Assembly: GCA_051294375.1 (NCBI GenBank)
Contig: CM119263.1
Location: 8,560,908 to 8,624,907 of the forward strand
Source: Paraspadella gotoi
Taxonomy: Eukaryota; Animalia; Chaetognatha
Length of the DNA stretch: 64,000 bases
Reading direction: 5' to 3'
Position numbers and translations under genes: made by a program. Shown in pieces: positions 1 to 11,770 of this stretch. How positions within the stretch are numbered: position 1 is the first letter of the stretch; every line of letters begins with the position of its first letter. The notes below the pieces were generated by a model, which worked only from the letters and a program-made list of their open reading frames with translations, was not told the origin of the DNA and searched no databases.

Positions 1-298
1 GAAACCGTGCTCAACGAGACGTCAAAGGTGAGTTTTTTTTTGTTGGGGAATGGGTTTGGGTGGGTCGCGGAATTTTATGTGTAGATTTATAAATGCTGAC
101 TATTACAACGCTAACAATGTTACCAAAGATAACAACCATGACAATTTTGTGACATTAATCACATTGTCAACCCATTTCGGTTAGCCGCCCTTGTGTTTAG
201 AAAAAGGAAAGCGGAAGTGTGGGAGACGTAACGTAAACAATCCGAGCGAACGAAAACAATAGTGGAAATATGAAAGTGCTTATTAAATCGCGACAAAT

Positions 299-329
<31 letters not shown>

Positions 330-742
330 GCAACCGAATTGACGGAAATTCCGATTTTCAGTTCTTTCAAGAATAAACTGAAACTGTTATTTAAACAGAA
401 AACCCGCCGAACGAACAATGGACGACGAACAATGCAAATTTTTGAAATAAAAAAAAAATTGGTTCGGAGAAAACAAACGGTTCTGGTCGCGAGACTGTAG
501 GGGCGGGGGAATTTAGCGCGTTGGGTATTGTCCCACTGCTGAGTGCTGTTATTACCATTAATAATGTACGAAGTAAACTTATAATATTGTACAATATGAT
601 GTAATTTTACCTTTTGAAAAATTAAGGGATTGGACGAGTGGCGTAACGAGGGGGGGGGTTTGCGGTGAGGAAATAGAATGAGATGATAAAAGGGGGGATG
701 GGGGGGGGAATTCGGCGGAAGGGTAAGCAGATTGTGGCAAAC

Positions 743-773
<31 letters not shown>

Positions 774-3700
774 TTGAAGTCTCCGTCGAGGTCACGCAGC
801 GGGGAACCCGTCGGGGATTCGTCGTCGCCCGAATGTCGAGTCTTTTGTGAGCGACAGAAACCGATGGCGAGAATCGCACGCAAAGAGTTTCCTTCTATCC
901 TCGGATTTCGCACGGAGCGAGTCCGTTTCGCACGTAGCGAATCCATTTCGCACGTATAATGGGATTAAAGACGAGAAAGAGAATTTTTTTTCTTCTTTCG
1001 ACGAAGTGAAAGTAAATCCAGATTTTGACGAAATTTAGTCGCTCATCCCCCTCCCTCTTTTCACTTTTTCTCACCTCAGGTCCCGTGTCCTATCGTAACC
1101 GGCAAAGTTCCCCGTTGGTTGTCCGGCTATTTTCTGCGTCACACGCCGGGCACGTACGGTCAAGAGAACCGACCCGCGGATCCGGCCGACCAATCGAACA
1201 GGAAGCTGCAGTCGATCGACCATCTCTTCGACGGTCTCGCCATGGTGTCCAGTTATGAGCTCAAGGGTAAGTTTATGACGACGGCTTTCGCCGAGAGGCG
1301 GAAAGGTTTGGTGAGTCGGATCGGCGTGTCGAATTCGAAACCACGTTTGTGTTCAGATTATGATCTGAAAGAAAACTAGTAAAGGTTAAATCAAGAAATT
1401 TGCATATTTGTTTTTGTTTCCGTTTACGTTATTTTCTTGGTAATGAACTCATTATCTTTAGTTTTAGAAAGTGGAAATAAATTTTTCAATTAATTGCTTT
1501 TTTTTTGCTATCGCAGGCGGCGACGTCCGTTTTTCCAACAAGTACCTCCGCACTCACGGATTTAAGATTTGGGAGCACTTCGGAAAAGACATGTCCAAGT
1601 CCCTCGTCGCGTGGGGAACCACCTTTTCCAAGATGGACTGGGAACAGGCCTTCAAATGGCGGCAGAACTTCACAGAGCCCCAATATTTTAGGTTCAAACG
1701 ACGAATAGAATGGGGTGAAAATAGGATAATGATGGACGACTCGTGTAAAAAATTAGGTCAAATTAGGTCTCGGGGACAGGGTCACGATAATAGGTTTTTT
1801 TTGTGTCTTTCCCCCTTCTAGGGGCAACCCCAACGTGAACTTTTGGCGAATCAACGATAAGATCCAAGCGGTGGACGAGAGTGCTCACGGTCTGCTCTTC
1901 GAGATCAAGACTCTGGACACCAAGTCCACTTACCTTTTCGAGGACGATAGTTTGGCGCCGGGTTACGGGACGGTCGAGAAGGTAATGTTTTAAGAAAAAT
2001 GATTAAAAATTTTATTATATATATTGTTATATTTGAAATTAATTTTTAATGAGCTTTGCCCTTTCCTTTGTTAGGTGATTCATCCAGCTCACGAGCAAGT
2101 CGATCTAGACGGAAGCGTTTGGAACGTTTTGGGCGTTTTTACGATCGGTGAGATGAATAACAATCACCAGTTATGAATTTCGTTGTTAACCTTCAAATTA
2201 ATTTTGTTCTATCGCGCGTCGTTTCGGTAGAGATTTAATTTCCAGAAATATTTTAAATGTTATCCACTTTCCACCCTCTGTTTTACATATTTCCTCGTTC
2301 CCCTCACCGCACAGACCCCGTGACCAACACCCCGGACCAAGCCAACTGGACCGTGTACCGCGTCGAGGACGGAGTCCGCCGCGTACCCGTCGGCTCAACG
2401 CCCATCGGTCCCCGGATGTTCGATCTGGAGAAGTGCTTTGACTTCCGTCACTATCCCGAGTTCGACGAGCGGGCAGGGTACATGCACTCCTTCGCCATGT
2501 CGCGCGACTACGTCATCTTGCCCGTCGTGCCCTACTTTCTCGATTACTGCGCCCTCTTCAGTCGGAGCCCGAATTTCGGGCACGGGGCTTTCTTCCGGAC
2601 GTACATGCAGGTGAGAGGGAACGGAGAAATGGGAGGAAGAAAGAGAGATATAGGAAATGTGTCGGAATAGAAAAAATAATGTTTTAATTAGTCATTAGGT
2701 AGCGTTTGTCATTTTAAGTATGTGAATCAAATTTTTATCCTAACTCCTCCTCTCTCTCCAACTTTTCCCCGTTCCTTTGTCCCAGGCTCAACCAGCGCAG
2801 GGTCTCAAGTTCCACATCATGAGAAAATCCGACGGGCGCTTCCTCAACTCGTTCGTGATGGCAGCCACCGACAACATCTTTGTCACGCATCAAGTTAACG
2901 CCTTCGAGGACGACGCCAATAAAATCCTTCACGTCGACATGCTCACCTACAAATCGACGGACGTATATCAGACGGCTTACATCGAGTCCATTTTGCAGGT
3001 TAGTGTGCATTCTGTTTACCCGGAGTTGCGTCAAACTTTACTCATTTATGATTGAATATAAGTCATTTGTGCGATTTACTTTTCTTTTTAGGACATAAAT
3101 ATCTTAAATAAGAATTTTCAAATACAAGATGCCGGAGATGCCCTGATCTTGTTACTGCAACCGCAATTTAATCACCCCATTCTTCCATTTTGTTTTGCAG
3201 GAGGCCTTCGCGCGTCAAGAGGCGACCATCGAACGTTTCTCGATCTCCCTCGTCAACTACAGCCTGATCTCGCGACGCCCACTCTCAAAGCCGCAGCCCA
3301 TGGAGTTTCCAACCATCAACAGCCAGCGGTTCAGGCAGAGGGACTACCGATTTGTCTACCTCGTCACGCGTCCTTACCTCACTGGGTAAGTCGAAAGTGG
3401 CTTTGAGATACTCTGTTTCAATAAGTAACTTCTAGACTAAGTGTTTCTTAATTATAAATATATCTTTTTATCTTTCCGCAGATCCACTATCGTCAAGTTG
3501 GACGTCAAAACCGGAAACATGACCCACTGGGGACCCGAGACGGGGGTGTTCCCCAGCGAAGCCGTCTTCGTCCCGACGCCGCACAATTTCGTCGACGCGG
3601 AGCCCGCGGAAGACGACGGCGTCTTGCTGTCGGGGCTGTTGGACGCCAAGACGAAGAAAGGTGGGAAGAAGAGACGTGACTTTTTTTTGGGGACAACGGT

Positions 3701-4151
3701 GGAAGATAATATCAAATTGGGAATAATGAATTCCTTTGAATCAATAGGTTACGTCCTCGTTCTCAACGCGACCACCATGGAAGAGATCGCCCGCGCGCGC
3801 GCTCCCATCTCCACGCCCTTCGGACTCCACAATCGGTTCTTCAGTCACGCGGAGATCCTCTCCGAATCCAGGTGATTTTCGACGAGCCTTGACGTTAGCA
3901 ACTTTTTCCCTAGTTTTATTTCTTCTTTAGATCTTTTTTCTCATCCAACATTTCTGCCCTATTATATCTCGGCTATTTACTTTCCTTCCGCTCACAGGCC
4001 TTCAACGACCACTCCTGGACATTCCGGTGCAACCAGTTCCATTGGTTTTTCTGGCAGATGGTCGACCCTTCGATTGGACTCGATGTCGATTTTGTTTAAG
4101 GCGTTGGCGGCAACGATGTCGGTGCGGATGTCCTTTTTGATTATGACTTAG
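1..4151 (+). CDS. Carotenoid cleavage oxygenase (RPE65/BCO/NinaB family), 5'-partial, multi-exon
   Basis: Phase-consistent GT-AG exons: 1-27, 1080-1266, 1517-1691, 1822-1981, 2075-2147, 2315-2610, 2786-2998, 3201-3385, 3482-3660, 3748-3871 (or read-through to TGA at 3875), and probably 3998-4151. Spliced protein has family motifs VTGKVPRWLSGYFLRHTPG, HLFDGLAM, GNPNVN, PAH, YMHSFAMS, HQVNAFED, MEFPTIN, PSEAVFVP, EDDGVLLS, EEIARA, PFGLH: four Fe-binding His and three second-shell Glu are present. Start codon lies upstream of the window. Confidence 0.93.
905..955. repeat. 20-bp tandem repeat (about 2.5 units) in the first visible intron
   Basis: atttcgcacggagcgagtcc / gtttcgcacgtagcgaatcc / atttcgcacgt, starting at 905, 925 and 945. 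Confidence 0.8.
3998..4151 (+). CDS. Putative terminal exon of the oxygenase (Ser/Thr-rich linker plus hydrophobic tail)
   Basis: Donor CAG|GTGATT at 3872, pyrimidine tract and CTCACAG acceptor ending 3997. The phase-2 join gives RPSTTTPGHSGATSSIGFSGRWSTLRLDSMSILFKALAATMSVRMSFLIMT* with no internal stop. Confidence 0.6.
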
Positions 4152-4204
4152 CCATATTTTTTTTATCAACCGTGATTTGGAAATTAACAAAAAAGGATAC
4201 ATTA

Positions 4205-4210
4205 AATAAA
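4205..4210 (+). promoter_or_regulatory. Candidate polyadenylation signal of the oxygenase gene
   Basis: AATAAA about 55 nt after the TAG at 4149-4151; the motif is common in AT-rich DNA. Confidence 0.4.
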
Positions 4211-6841
4211 CCCAAATTTTTTTTCAAAGATTCCGCTCGCTTTCAAATCTAATCTGCTCTTGCTGCTCCTCTGGCCCACCCCCTCCCCCCGTTGTCCTTG
4301 TGAGTGTGAATCTTTAAAGAATGTTTTTACTTAAAAAAAAAAGCGCTGGTTCGCTGCGTCGTTGTTTGCACAAAGATAAGCCGATTACGACTGTCAATAG
4401 TCCGCCGATAATGGTAATAAACTGATCGATTGTCAAAAAAATTTTATTTTTACCCCGTTACTTGATTTATATACCAACTAATCTTTATCGCATTACGTAC
4501 AAACTTTTGATTTAAAAACTTTTCCTTTTTTCTTCTCTTCGCGCGAGATCTCAGGGCAAATATTTGGCCTTTCTTCTTTGATTCTCTTACGTCTTATCGG
4601 TTGCAAACAAAAGATCAAGGTTGCGATTAATCGACATCCCCTTAACTCTCTGCCCACCCACCCCCGTTATCTTTTAAAGGCTAAAAGTGTATGCTTTTAA
4701 AATTTCCTTTTTTTCCCAAAGTCGTGCGGGTTTGGATGTTTTTTACACTTGACTACGAAAAACATAACACGCATTTAAAAAAAAAATCTAAAGATTTATG
4801 AAACAACAAAAAAATACTTTATAATTTAACCTCTTTCGCGCCTGCTTTTTGGTCGAATATCAATTTATTTTCCTTCCTAGCCCGCCCATCTTTTTCTCAT
4901 ATTTTCTGCCACTTTTCTAAAATCTCAATTCTCTTTTACTTTTTCTTTTTCATTTTCTTTTTCAATAGTCCGGACTCTAAATCATTCATTTTCTCATATC
5001 TTGGTCCAGAAAATCGGTGCGACTTAAATTATCTCTTGTTTCCCTTCCGTCTCTTTCACATTTTAACATTCCTCGCCACCCCCTTTTTTCACCTCGGATT
5101 TTTTTTTAAAATCCAATTCACATCCGACTAAATTCTGTGAATCATCCATTCACGCGGCCTGTTGTTCCCCCCCCCAAAAAAAAAGAAGAAAAAAAATTAA
5201 TCACCTCGGCATTTTATGTTTTTTCCCCGTTGTTTTCGAATTAATTTTTTTTTCCTTAAAAAAATTTCAGTCATGTCAACTTTTCCAGTTTACTCGTGTG
5301 TGACATTGATTCGGTCAATGTTAATTGAAACTTTGTATAAACCGATACAAACTGTTAGTTCGTTTGTTCAAAAACGAAAAAGTTACTAATCTAATTCTAA
5401 CTTATGATTAGAAGTATGTTATCAACGCATCTCTTTACTTTCTATGGTTAAACCAGTTTTTTTGGTGTTTTTTTTTTAGCTAAAGTGTTTGAGTTAAAGA
5501 CTGCGTTTTTGATGTTATTAGATAAGTTTTCTGCAGAAGTAACATCTTCCATCGATCTCGGGTTGGGACTTAACCCGACGATTTTTGGCATATTTAATTT
5601 ATTAATGATTATTATTGTTCGATATTCGTCCCCTTTTCTTTGCAAATTCTGATCGCAATTTTTCTCCCTGGCGTATTATTTTCTCGTGACACGGAGGGAG
5701 AATTATAAATGAATTTGAATGGTTATTAATATTAATTACTTTCGCTCTTTCTCTGTATCCGCTCCATTCTCGATTCGGGCAAAAAGGAAGTGATTTTCTT
5801 TTTTTCCCATCCCAATTATGAGCAAAATTTTTTCGTCTGTTTAATTGTTCCATTTCCAGTTCCTTACTGTTCTCCGGAGTTTTACCGAATTCCTCTCACT
5901 TCCCCCCCCCACCCCCCTCTCCCAAAAATTCAGACTTCTCCCACTGTAATTCCTTAGATTTTGCCACTGTCCTCTCCCTTCATGATATTCGTTAATTCTT
6001 TTTGTTGCCAGTTTTCTTCACTATAATTTACTTGCTGTATCTCGAGTGAACTCTTTTTATTCCTCGACCCGATTTAATTTAACATAGAAACAAAAAGTCC
6101 TCCTGTATTTAGTTTGTTGCTGGTTAACTTAATGCTGTAAATTATGATGATCTTAATGATTATAACAAATCGGTTCCCCTTAAAATTGTTTATTTTTTCG
6201 TTGGCTTTTGGGTTCGCACGTAGGCAGAGGTGAGCTTAAACGCTGTCATTACGGCTTCGAGGAAGCGGGAATGTTTGACATAGAACGCCGGGTAAGTTTG
6301 TAATATCCGTCTATCGGAGCAGAATTGGGTAGAAAAAAAAATATTAGAATCTTAATCGCGAGTTTAATCAAATATATTTATCGAATAATTTATTTCCACT
6401 TTAAGACGGGTCGACCAACTCCGCTTTGTTTATCAGCAAACTGCTTAAGTGTGCTCAAGTAGTTTTTGATGAAAAATATCGATTTAAAACTTCCGAGTGT
6501 GTAAGTTTCTTAATGTCTTTCAAATTTTTGGCCCAAATCTTAATTGATTTCATTTTTAGTCTTGTAAAAAAGTTTTTTGCGACCGTGGACAAGTTTAGAT
6601 TCAATTAGCAAAAAACCTGACACGAAAAAAAAACCTTTAAAAATTAAATCTAATTTCTACACAATTTTTTTCTCGATAAAGGGAGGGGAGAGAAAGTTTG
6701 TTGCCAAATTTGGTCGATTTTTCGTAATGAGTCAAACGAATTCGCCTCGCCCAAGTTTTGGTTTTGAGTTTGTAAAGAGATTAGCTCATGTGACCCTGGA
6801 ACGTGTGACCATAGGTCATTCGACATTGAAAAGTGACATGA

Positions 6842-7035
6842 TAGGGAAGCCAGGTACTCTGGGAGTGAATAAACGAGACTGAAAGAGTCTTGATTGAAAG
6901 CTTGCAGGGACCTGCTATGTCATTATCTTGTAAGAGTGATAGAGGCCTTAAACCACCAAAGCCTGTCCAAAGTCAGGGGCAAGATAGCTTATTTATTAAA
7001 TGAATGGATAATTTTTATATTGGTTGTACCAATTT
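6842..7035 (+). mobile_element. Dispersed ~190-bp repeat (probable 5'-truncated non-LTR retroelement 3' end)
   Basis: Shares gcagggacctg...aaagtcaggggcaagatagct...ataatttttatattggttgtacc with copies at about 18770 and 24845 (-). Flanked by CATGA on both sides and absent from the duplicate block near 14495. Confidence 0.7.
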
Positions 7036-7931
7036 CATGAAATTTTATTAATAAAAATCATACGATGCAATATATATTTGTAGCGATCTCCCACTGCCAT
7101 TTAGTTTATCTGTATTTTTTTTAATCAAACTTTTTTTTCTTCTCACCCTAATGTCACTTCGTTACCGCATATCAATTAACCCTATACACTTTACAGCTGT
7201 TAGTATTGATGATTATTGATTAAGCACAAAATGCTAATTCCTCGGAAAATTTTCGTTCGTGCATGAGCGACGGCTGCGCGCCTCACCGCCCCGACTCTCG
7301 GTTTTAATTAGAAACAATTAAGATCCATTTTCCGCCCGCCTTTCTTTTCACTTTTTTATTGCCCTTTTTTTTATCTTTTCCTCTTTTTTTTTTGGTCTTT
7401 CTTTCGGCCTTCCGATCGGCCCTTCCCTTCCGTCGGCTTTCGAGTGACAGATGTTCCCGGAAGAGAGTCTTGTTGCAGCCTTTGCAGTCCGCAAGACCAT
7501 CGGAGAGAGGAGGCAGCGGAGAATAGGGCTGAATTAATTCCACAACTTAAGATGGCGTAGAGTATCGTTTAGTTTCATTACTGCAATATCGGATGTCCAA
7601 AACGCTTCTTATTTTTATTGATGGGAAAAGATTGCAAAAGTGATACAAAGACAAAAAATTTTGATATTTATATCTTGAGTTATACCGTAAAGATTTTAAC
7701 CGCTGTAAGAATTTGTTTTATTCTCAAAAATGATGAAGAAATAAGATTATTATTCATGTATAATGAATATGAATAGAATGTTTCCTTTTTTCAGACAAAA
7801 AAATTTGGGCGAACTTTGATCATAATTTGCTTCCGTTATTCCAAACCAGACTTATTTACCGAGCCTGTCCTGTGTTTTCTTAACCTCAAAATCTCGTGGT
7901 TTGTCTCTCTCTCTCTCTCTCTCTCTCTCGC

Positions 7932-8885
7932 NNNNNNNNNNNNNNNNNNNNNNNNNNNNNNNNNNNNNNNNNNNNNNNNNNNNNNNNNNNNNNNNNNNNN
8001 NNNNNNNNNNNNNNNNNNNNNNNNNNNNNNNNNNNNNNNNNNNNNNNNNNNNNNNNNNNNNNNNNNNNNNNNNNNNNNNNNNNNNNNNNNNNNNNNNNNN
8101 NNNNNNNNNNNNNNNNNNNNNNNNNNNNNNNNNNNNNNNNNNNNNNNNNNNNNNNNNNNNNNNNNNNNNNNNNNNNNNNNNNNNNNNNNNNNNNNNNNNN
8201 NNNNNNNNNNNNNNNNNNNNNNNNNNNNNNNNTTATATAGAAAAAGTTAAATAAATAAACAAATTGAAGTTTCGAATTTGGATTAATTAAGAGTTAGCAT
8301 TGATAATTCACTAACTTTCTNNNNNNNNNNNNNNNNNNNNNNNNNNNNNNNNNNNNNNNNNNNNNNNNNNNNNNNNNNNNNNNNNNNNNNNNNNNNNNNN
8401 NNNNNNNNNNNNNNNNNNNNNNNNNNNNNNNNNNNNNNNNNNNNNNNNNNNNNNNNNNNNNNNNNNNNNNNNNNNNNNNNNNNNNNNNNNNNNNNNNNNN
8501 NNNNAGAGAAAATAAGAGAAAGAGAAAATTTTAGAGATAAGAGATGAGAGAGACAGAGAGAGATAGAGAGAGAGACCAATCCTCGGCGACGTCTTGCGTG
8601 CGGCGACCCGCGTTGTACGATTTTTAATTTTTTCAATTCGAAACATTTTTTGTTTAAAAAAAAAATCTTTCCAGAAAAACAAAAAAAATTTGCACGAGAT
8701 CGTTTACTCTCAAAACGCGAGAGAGAGAGAGAGAGAGAGAGAAAGAAAGGAAGAAAGAAGGAGACTTGCAAAGAAGCAACCCTGTTTCTGAAGAACCCTA
8801 ATATCTGATGCTGATGGACGAATACCGTAAACCTGTGCATGTCAGAAGATGATTGAAGAANNNNNNNNNNNNNNNNNNNNNNNNN
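7932..8885. other. Assembly gaps (N runs)
   Basis: N runs at 7932-8232, 8321-8504, 8861-8885; others at 17994-18018, 18958-18982, 27756-27765, 28029-28053, 36632-36641, 36721-36956, 47207-47231, 60345-60369. Confidence 0.99.
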
Positions 8886-11770
8886 TGAGCTCAAGGGTAA
8901 GTTTATGACGACGGCTTTTCGCCGAGAGGGGGAAAGGTTGGTGAGTCGGATCGGCTGCGTGTCGAATTTCGAACACGTTTGGAGTCAGATTATGTTCTGA
9001 AAAAGAAAAACTAGTAAAAGGTTAAATCAAGAAATTTTGCATATTTGTTTTGCCTACGTTATTTCTTGGTAATGAACTTCATATCTTTAGTTTTAGAAAG
9101 TTGGAAATAAATTTTTCAAATAATTGCTTTTTTTTTGCTATCGCAGGCGGCGACGTCCGTTTTCCAACAAGTACCTCCGCACTCAGGATTTTAAGATTTT
9201 GGGAGCCACTTCGGGAAAGACATGTCCCCAAGTCCCTCCGTCCGGGGGAACCACCTTTTCCAAGATGGACTGAGGAACAGGCTTTCAAATGGCGGCAGAA
9301 CTTCACAGAGCCCCAATTTTTAGGCTTTCAAACGACGAATTGAATTGGGAGGTGAAATAGGATAATGATGGACGACTCGTGTAAAAAAAATATCAAATTA
9401 GGTCTCGGGGACAGGTCACGATTAATAGTTTTTTTGTGTCTTTCCCCCTTCTAGGGGCAACCCCAACGTGAACTTTTGGCGATCAACGATTAAGATCCAA
9501 GCGCTTTGACGAGAGTGCTCACGGTCTGCTCTTCGAGATCAAAGGACTCTGGAACCAAGTCCACTTACCTTTTCGAGACGATAGTTGGCCCTGTACGGGA
9601 CGGTCGAGAAGGTAATGTTTTAAGAAAAATGAATTAAAAATTTTATTATATATATTGTTATTTTGAATAATTTTTTAATGAGCTTTGCCCTTTCCTTGTT
9701 AGGTGATTCATCCAGCTCACGAGCAGTCGATCTAGACGGAAGCGTTTGGAACGTTTTGGGCGTTTTTACGATCGGTGAGATGAATTAACAATCCAGTTAG
9801 AATTTCGTTGTTAACCTTCAAATTTATTTTGTTCTATCGCGCGTCTTCGGTAGAGATTTAATTTCCAGAAATATTTTAAAGTTATTCCACTTTTCCACTC
9901 CACCCTCTGTTTTACGATATTTCCTCGTTCCCCTCACCGCACAGACCCCGTGACCAAACACCCCGGACCAAGGCCAACTGGACCGTGTACCGCGTCGAGG
10001 ACGGAGTCCGCGCGTAACCCGTCGGCTCAAACGCCATCGGTCCCCGGATGTATCGATTCTTGGGAAGTGCTTGCTTCCGTCACTATCCCGAGTTCGACGG
10101 CGGCAGGTACATGCAATCCTTCGCCACCCATGTTCGCGCGGACTAACGTCAGCTGCCGTTCGTGCCCTACTTTCTCGATTACTCGCCCTCTTCAGTTCGG
10201 AGCCCGAATTGTCCGGGCACGGGGCTTTCTTCACCGTACATCGGTGAGAGGGAACGGAGAAATGGGAGGAAGAAACGAGAGATAATAGGAAGGTCGGAAT
10301 AGAAAAAATAATGTTTTAATTAGTCATTTAGGTAGCGTTTTGTCATTTTAAGTATGTGAAATAAATTTTATATCCTAAACTCTTCCTCTCTCTCCAACTT
10401 TTCCCCGTTCCTTTGTCCCAGGCTCAACCAGCGCAGGGGTCTCAAGTTCCACATCATTGAGAAAATCCGAGGGCGCTTTCTCAACTCTGTTCGTGATGGG
10501 CAGCCAACCGACAACATCGGTGTCACGCATCAAGTTAACGCCTTCGAGGACGCGCCAATAAAATCCTTTCAGTCGACATGTCACCTACAAACGACGGACG
10601 TATTATCGACGGCACGGCTTACATCGAGTCCATTTTGCGGTTAGTGTGAGTCTGTTTTAACCGGAAGTTGCGTCAAAACTTTACTCATTTATGATGAATT
10701 ATAAGTCATTTGTGCGACATAAATATCTTAAATAAGAATTTTCAAATTACAAGATGCCGGAGATGCCCTGATCTTGTTACTGCAACCGCAATTTAATCAC
10801 CCCATTCTTCCATTTTGTTTTTGCAGAGGCCTTCTGCGCGTTCAGAGGCGGACATCGAAGTTTCTCACTCTCCCTCGTCAACTACAGCCTGATCTCGCGA
10901 CGCCCCACTCTCAAACCGCAGCCATGGAGTTCCAACCTCAACAGCCAGCGGTTCAGGCAGAGGGACTTAACCGATTGTCTTACTCGTTCACGCGTCCTTA
11001 CCTCACTGGGTAAGTCGAAAGGGCTTTGAAGTACTCTGTTTTCAATAAGTAACTTCATAGACTAAGTGTTCTTAATATAATATATCTTTTTATCTTTCCG
11101 CAGATCCACTATTCGGTCAAGTTGGACGTCAAAACCGGAACTGCCCACTGGGGACCCGAGACGGGGTGTTCCCAGCGAAGCCGTCTTCGTCGACGCCGCA
11201 CAATTTCGTCGACGCGGGCCTGCGGAAGACGACGGGTCTTGCTGTCGGGGCTGTTGGACGCCCAGACGAACCCAACGGTTGGGAAGAAGGACGTGACTTT
11301 TTTTGGGGACAACGTGGAAAGATAATACCCAAATTTGGAAATAATGAATTCCTTTTGGAATCAATTAGGGTACGTCTTCGTTCTCAACGCGACACACCAT
11401 GGAAGAGATCGCCGCGCGCGCGCTTCCCCTCTCCACGCCCTTCGGACTCCACAATCGGTTCTTCAGTCACCGCGGAGATCCTCTCCGAATCCAGGTGATT
11501 TATCGACGAGCCTTGACTTATCAACTTTCCCTAGTTTATTTCTTCTTTAGATCTTTTTTCTCATCCACATTTCTGCCCTATTATATCTCGGTCTTTACTT
11601 TCTTCCGCTCACAGGCTTCAACGACCACTGCCTGGGCATTCCGGTGCAAACCAGTATTCCATTGGTTTTGTCTGGCAGATGGTCGACCCTTCAGATTGGA
11701 CTCGATGTCGATTTTGTTTTAAGGCGTTGGCCCGGCAACGATTCGGTGGGATTCCTTTTTGATTAGACTT
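8886..11770 (+). pseudogene. Frameshifted second copy of the carotenoid oxygenase gene (probably sequencing noise, not a true pseudogene)
   Basis: Same exon/intron order as 1256-4151; exons carry many single-base indels at a density similar to the introns. Confidence 0.55.

Noticed and set aside
905-955. CRISPR-like array
   Set aside because: Head-to-tail 20-bp units without spacers, in a eukaryotic intron, with no cas genes.
7304-7543. Minus-strand ORF with CxxC (DCKGCNK)
   Set aside because: Short, runs into a poly-A/lysine tract, with no convincing donor or homology recognisable by eye.
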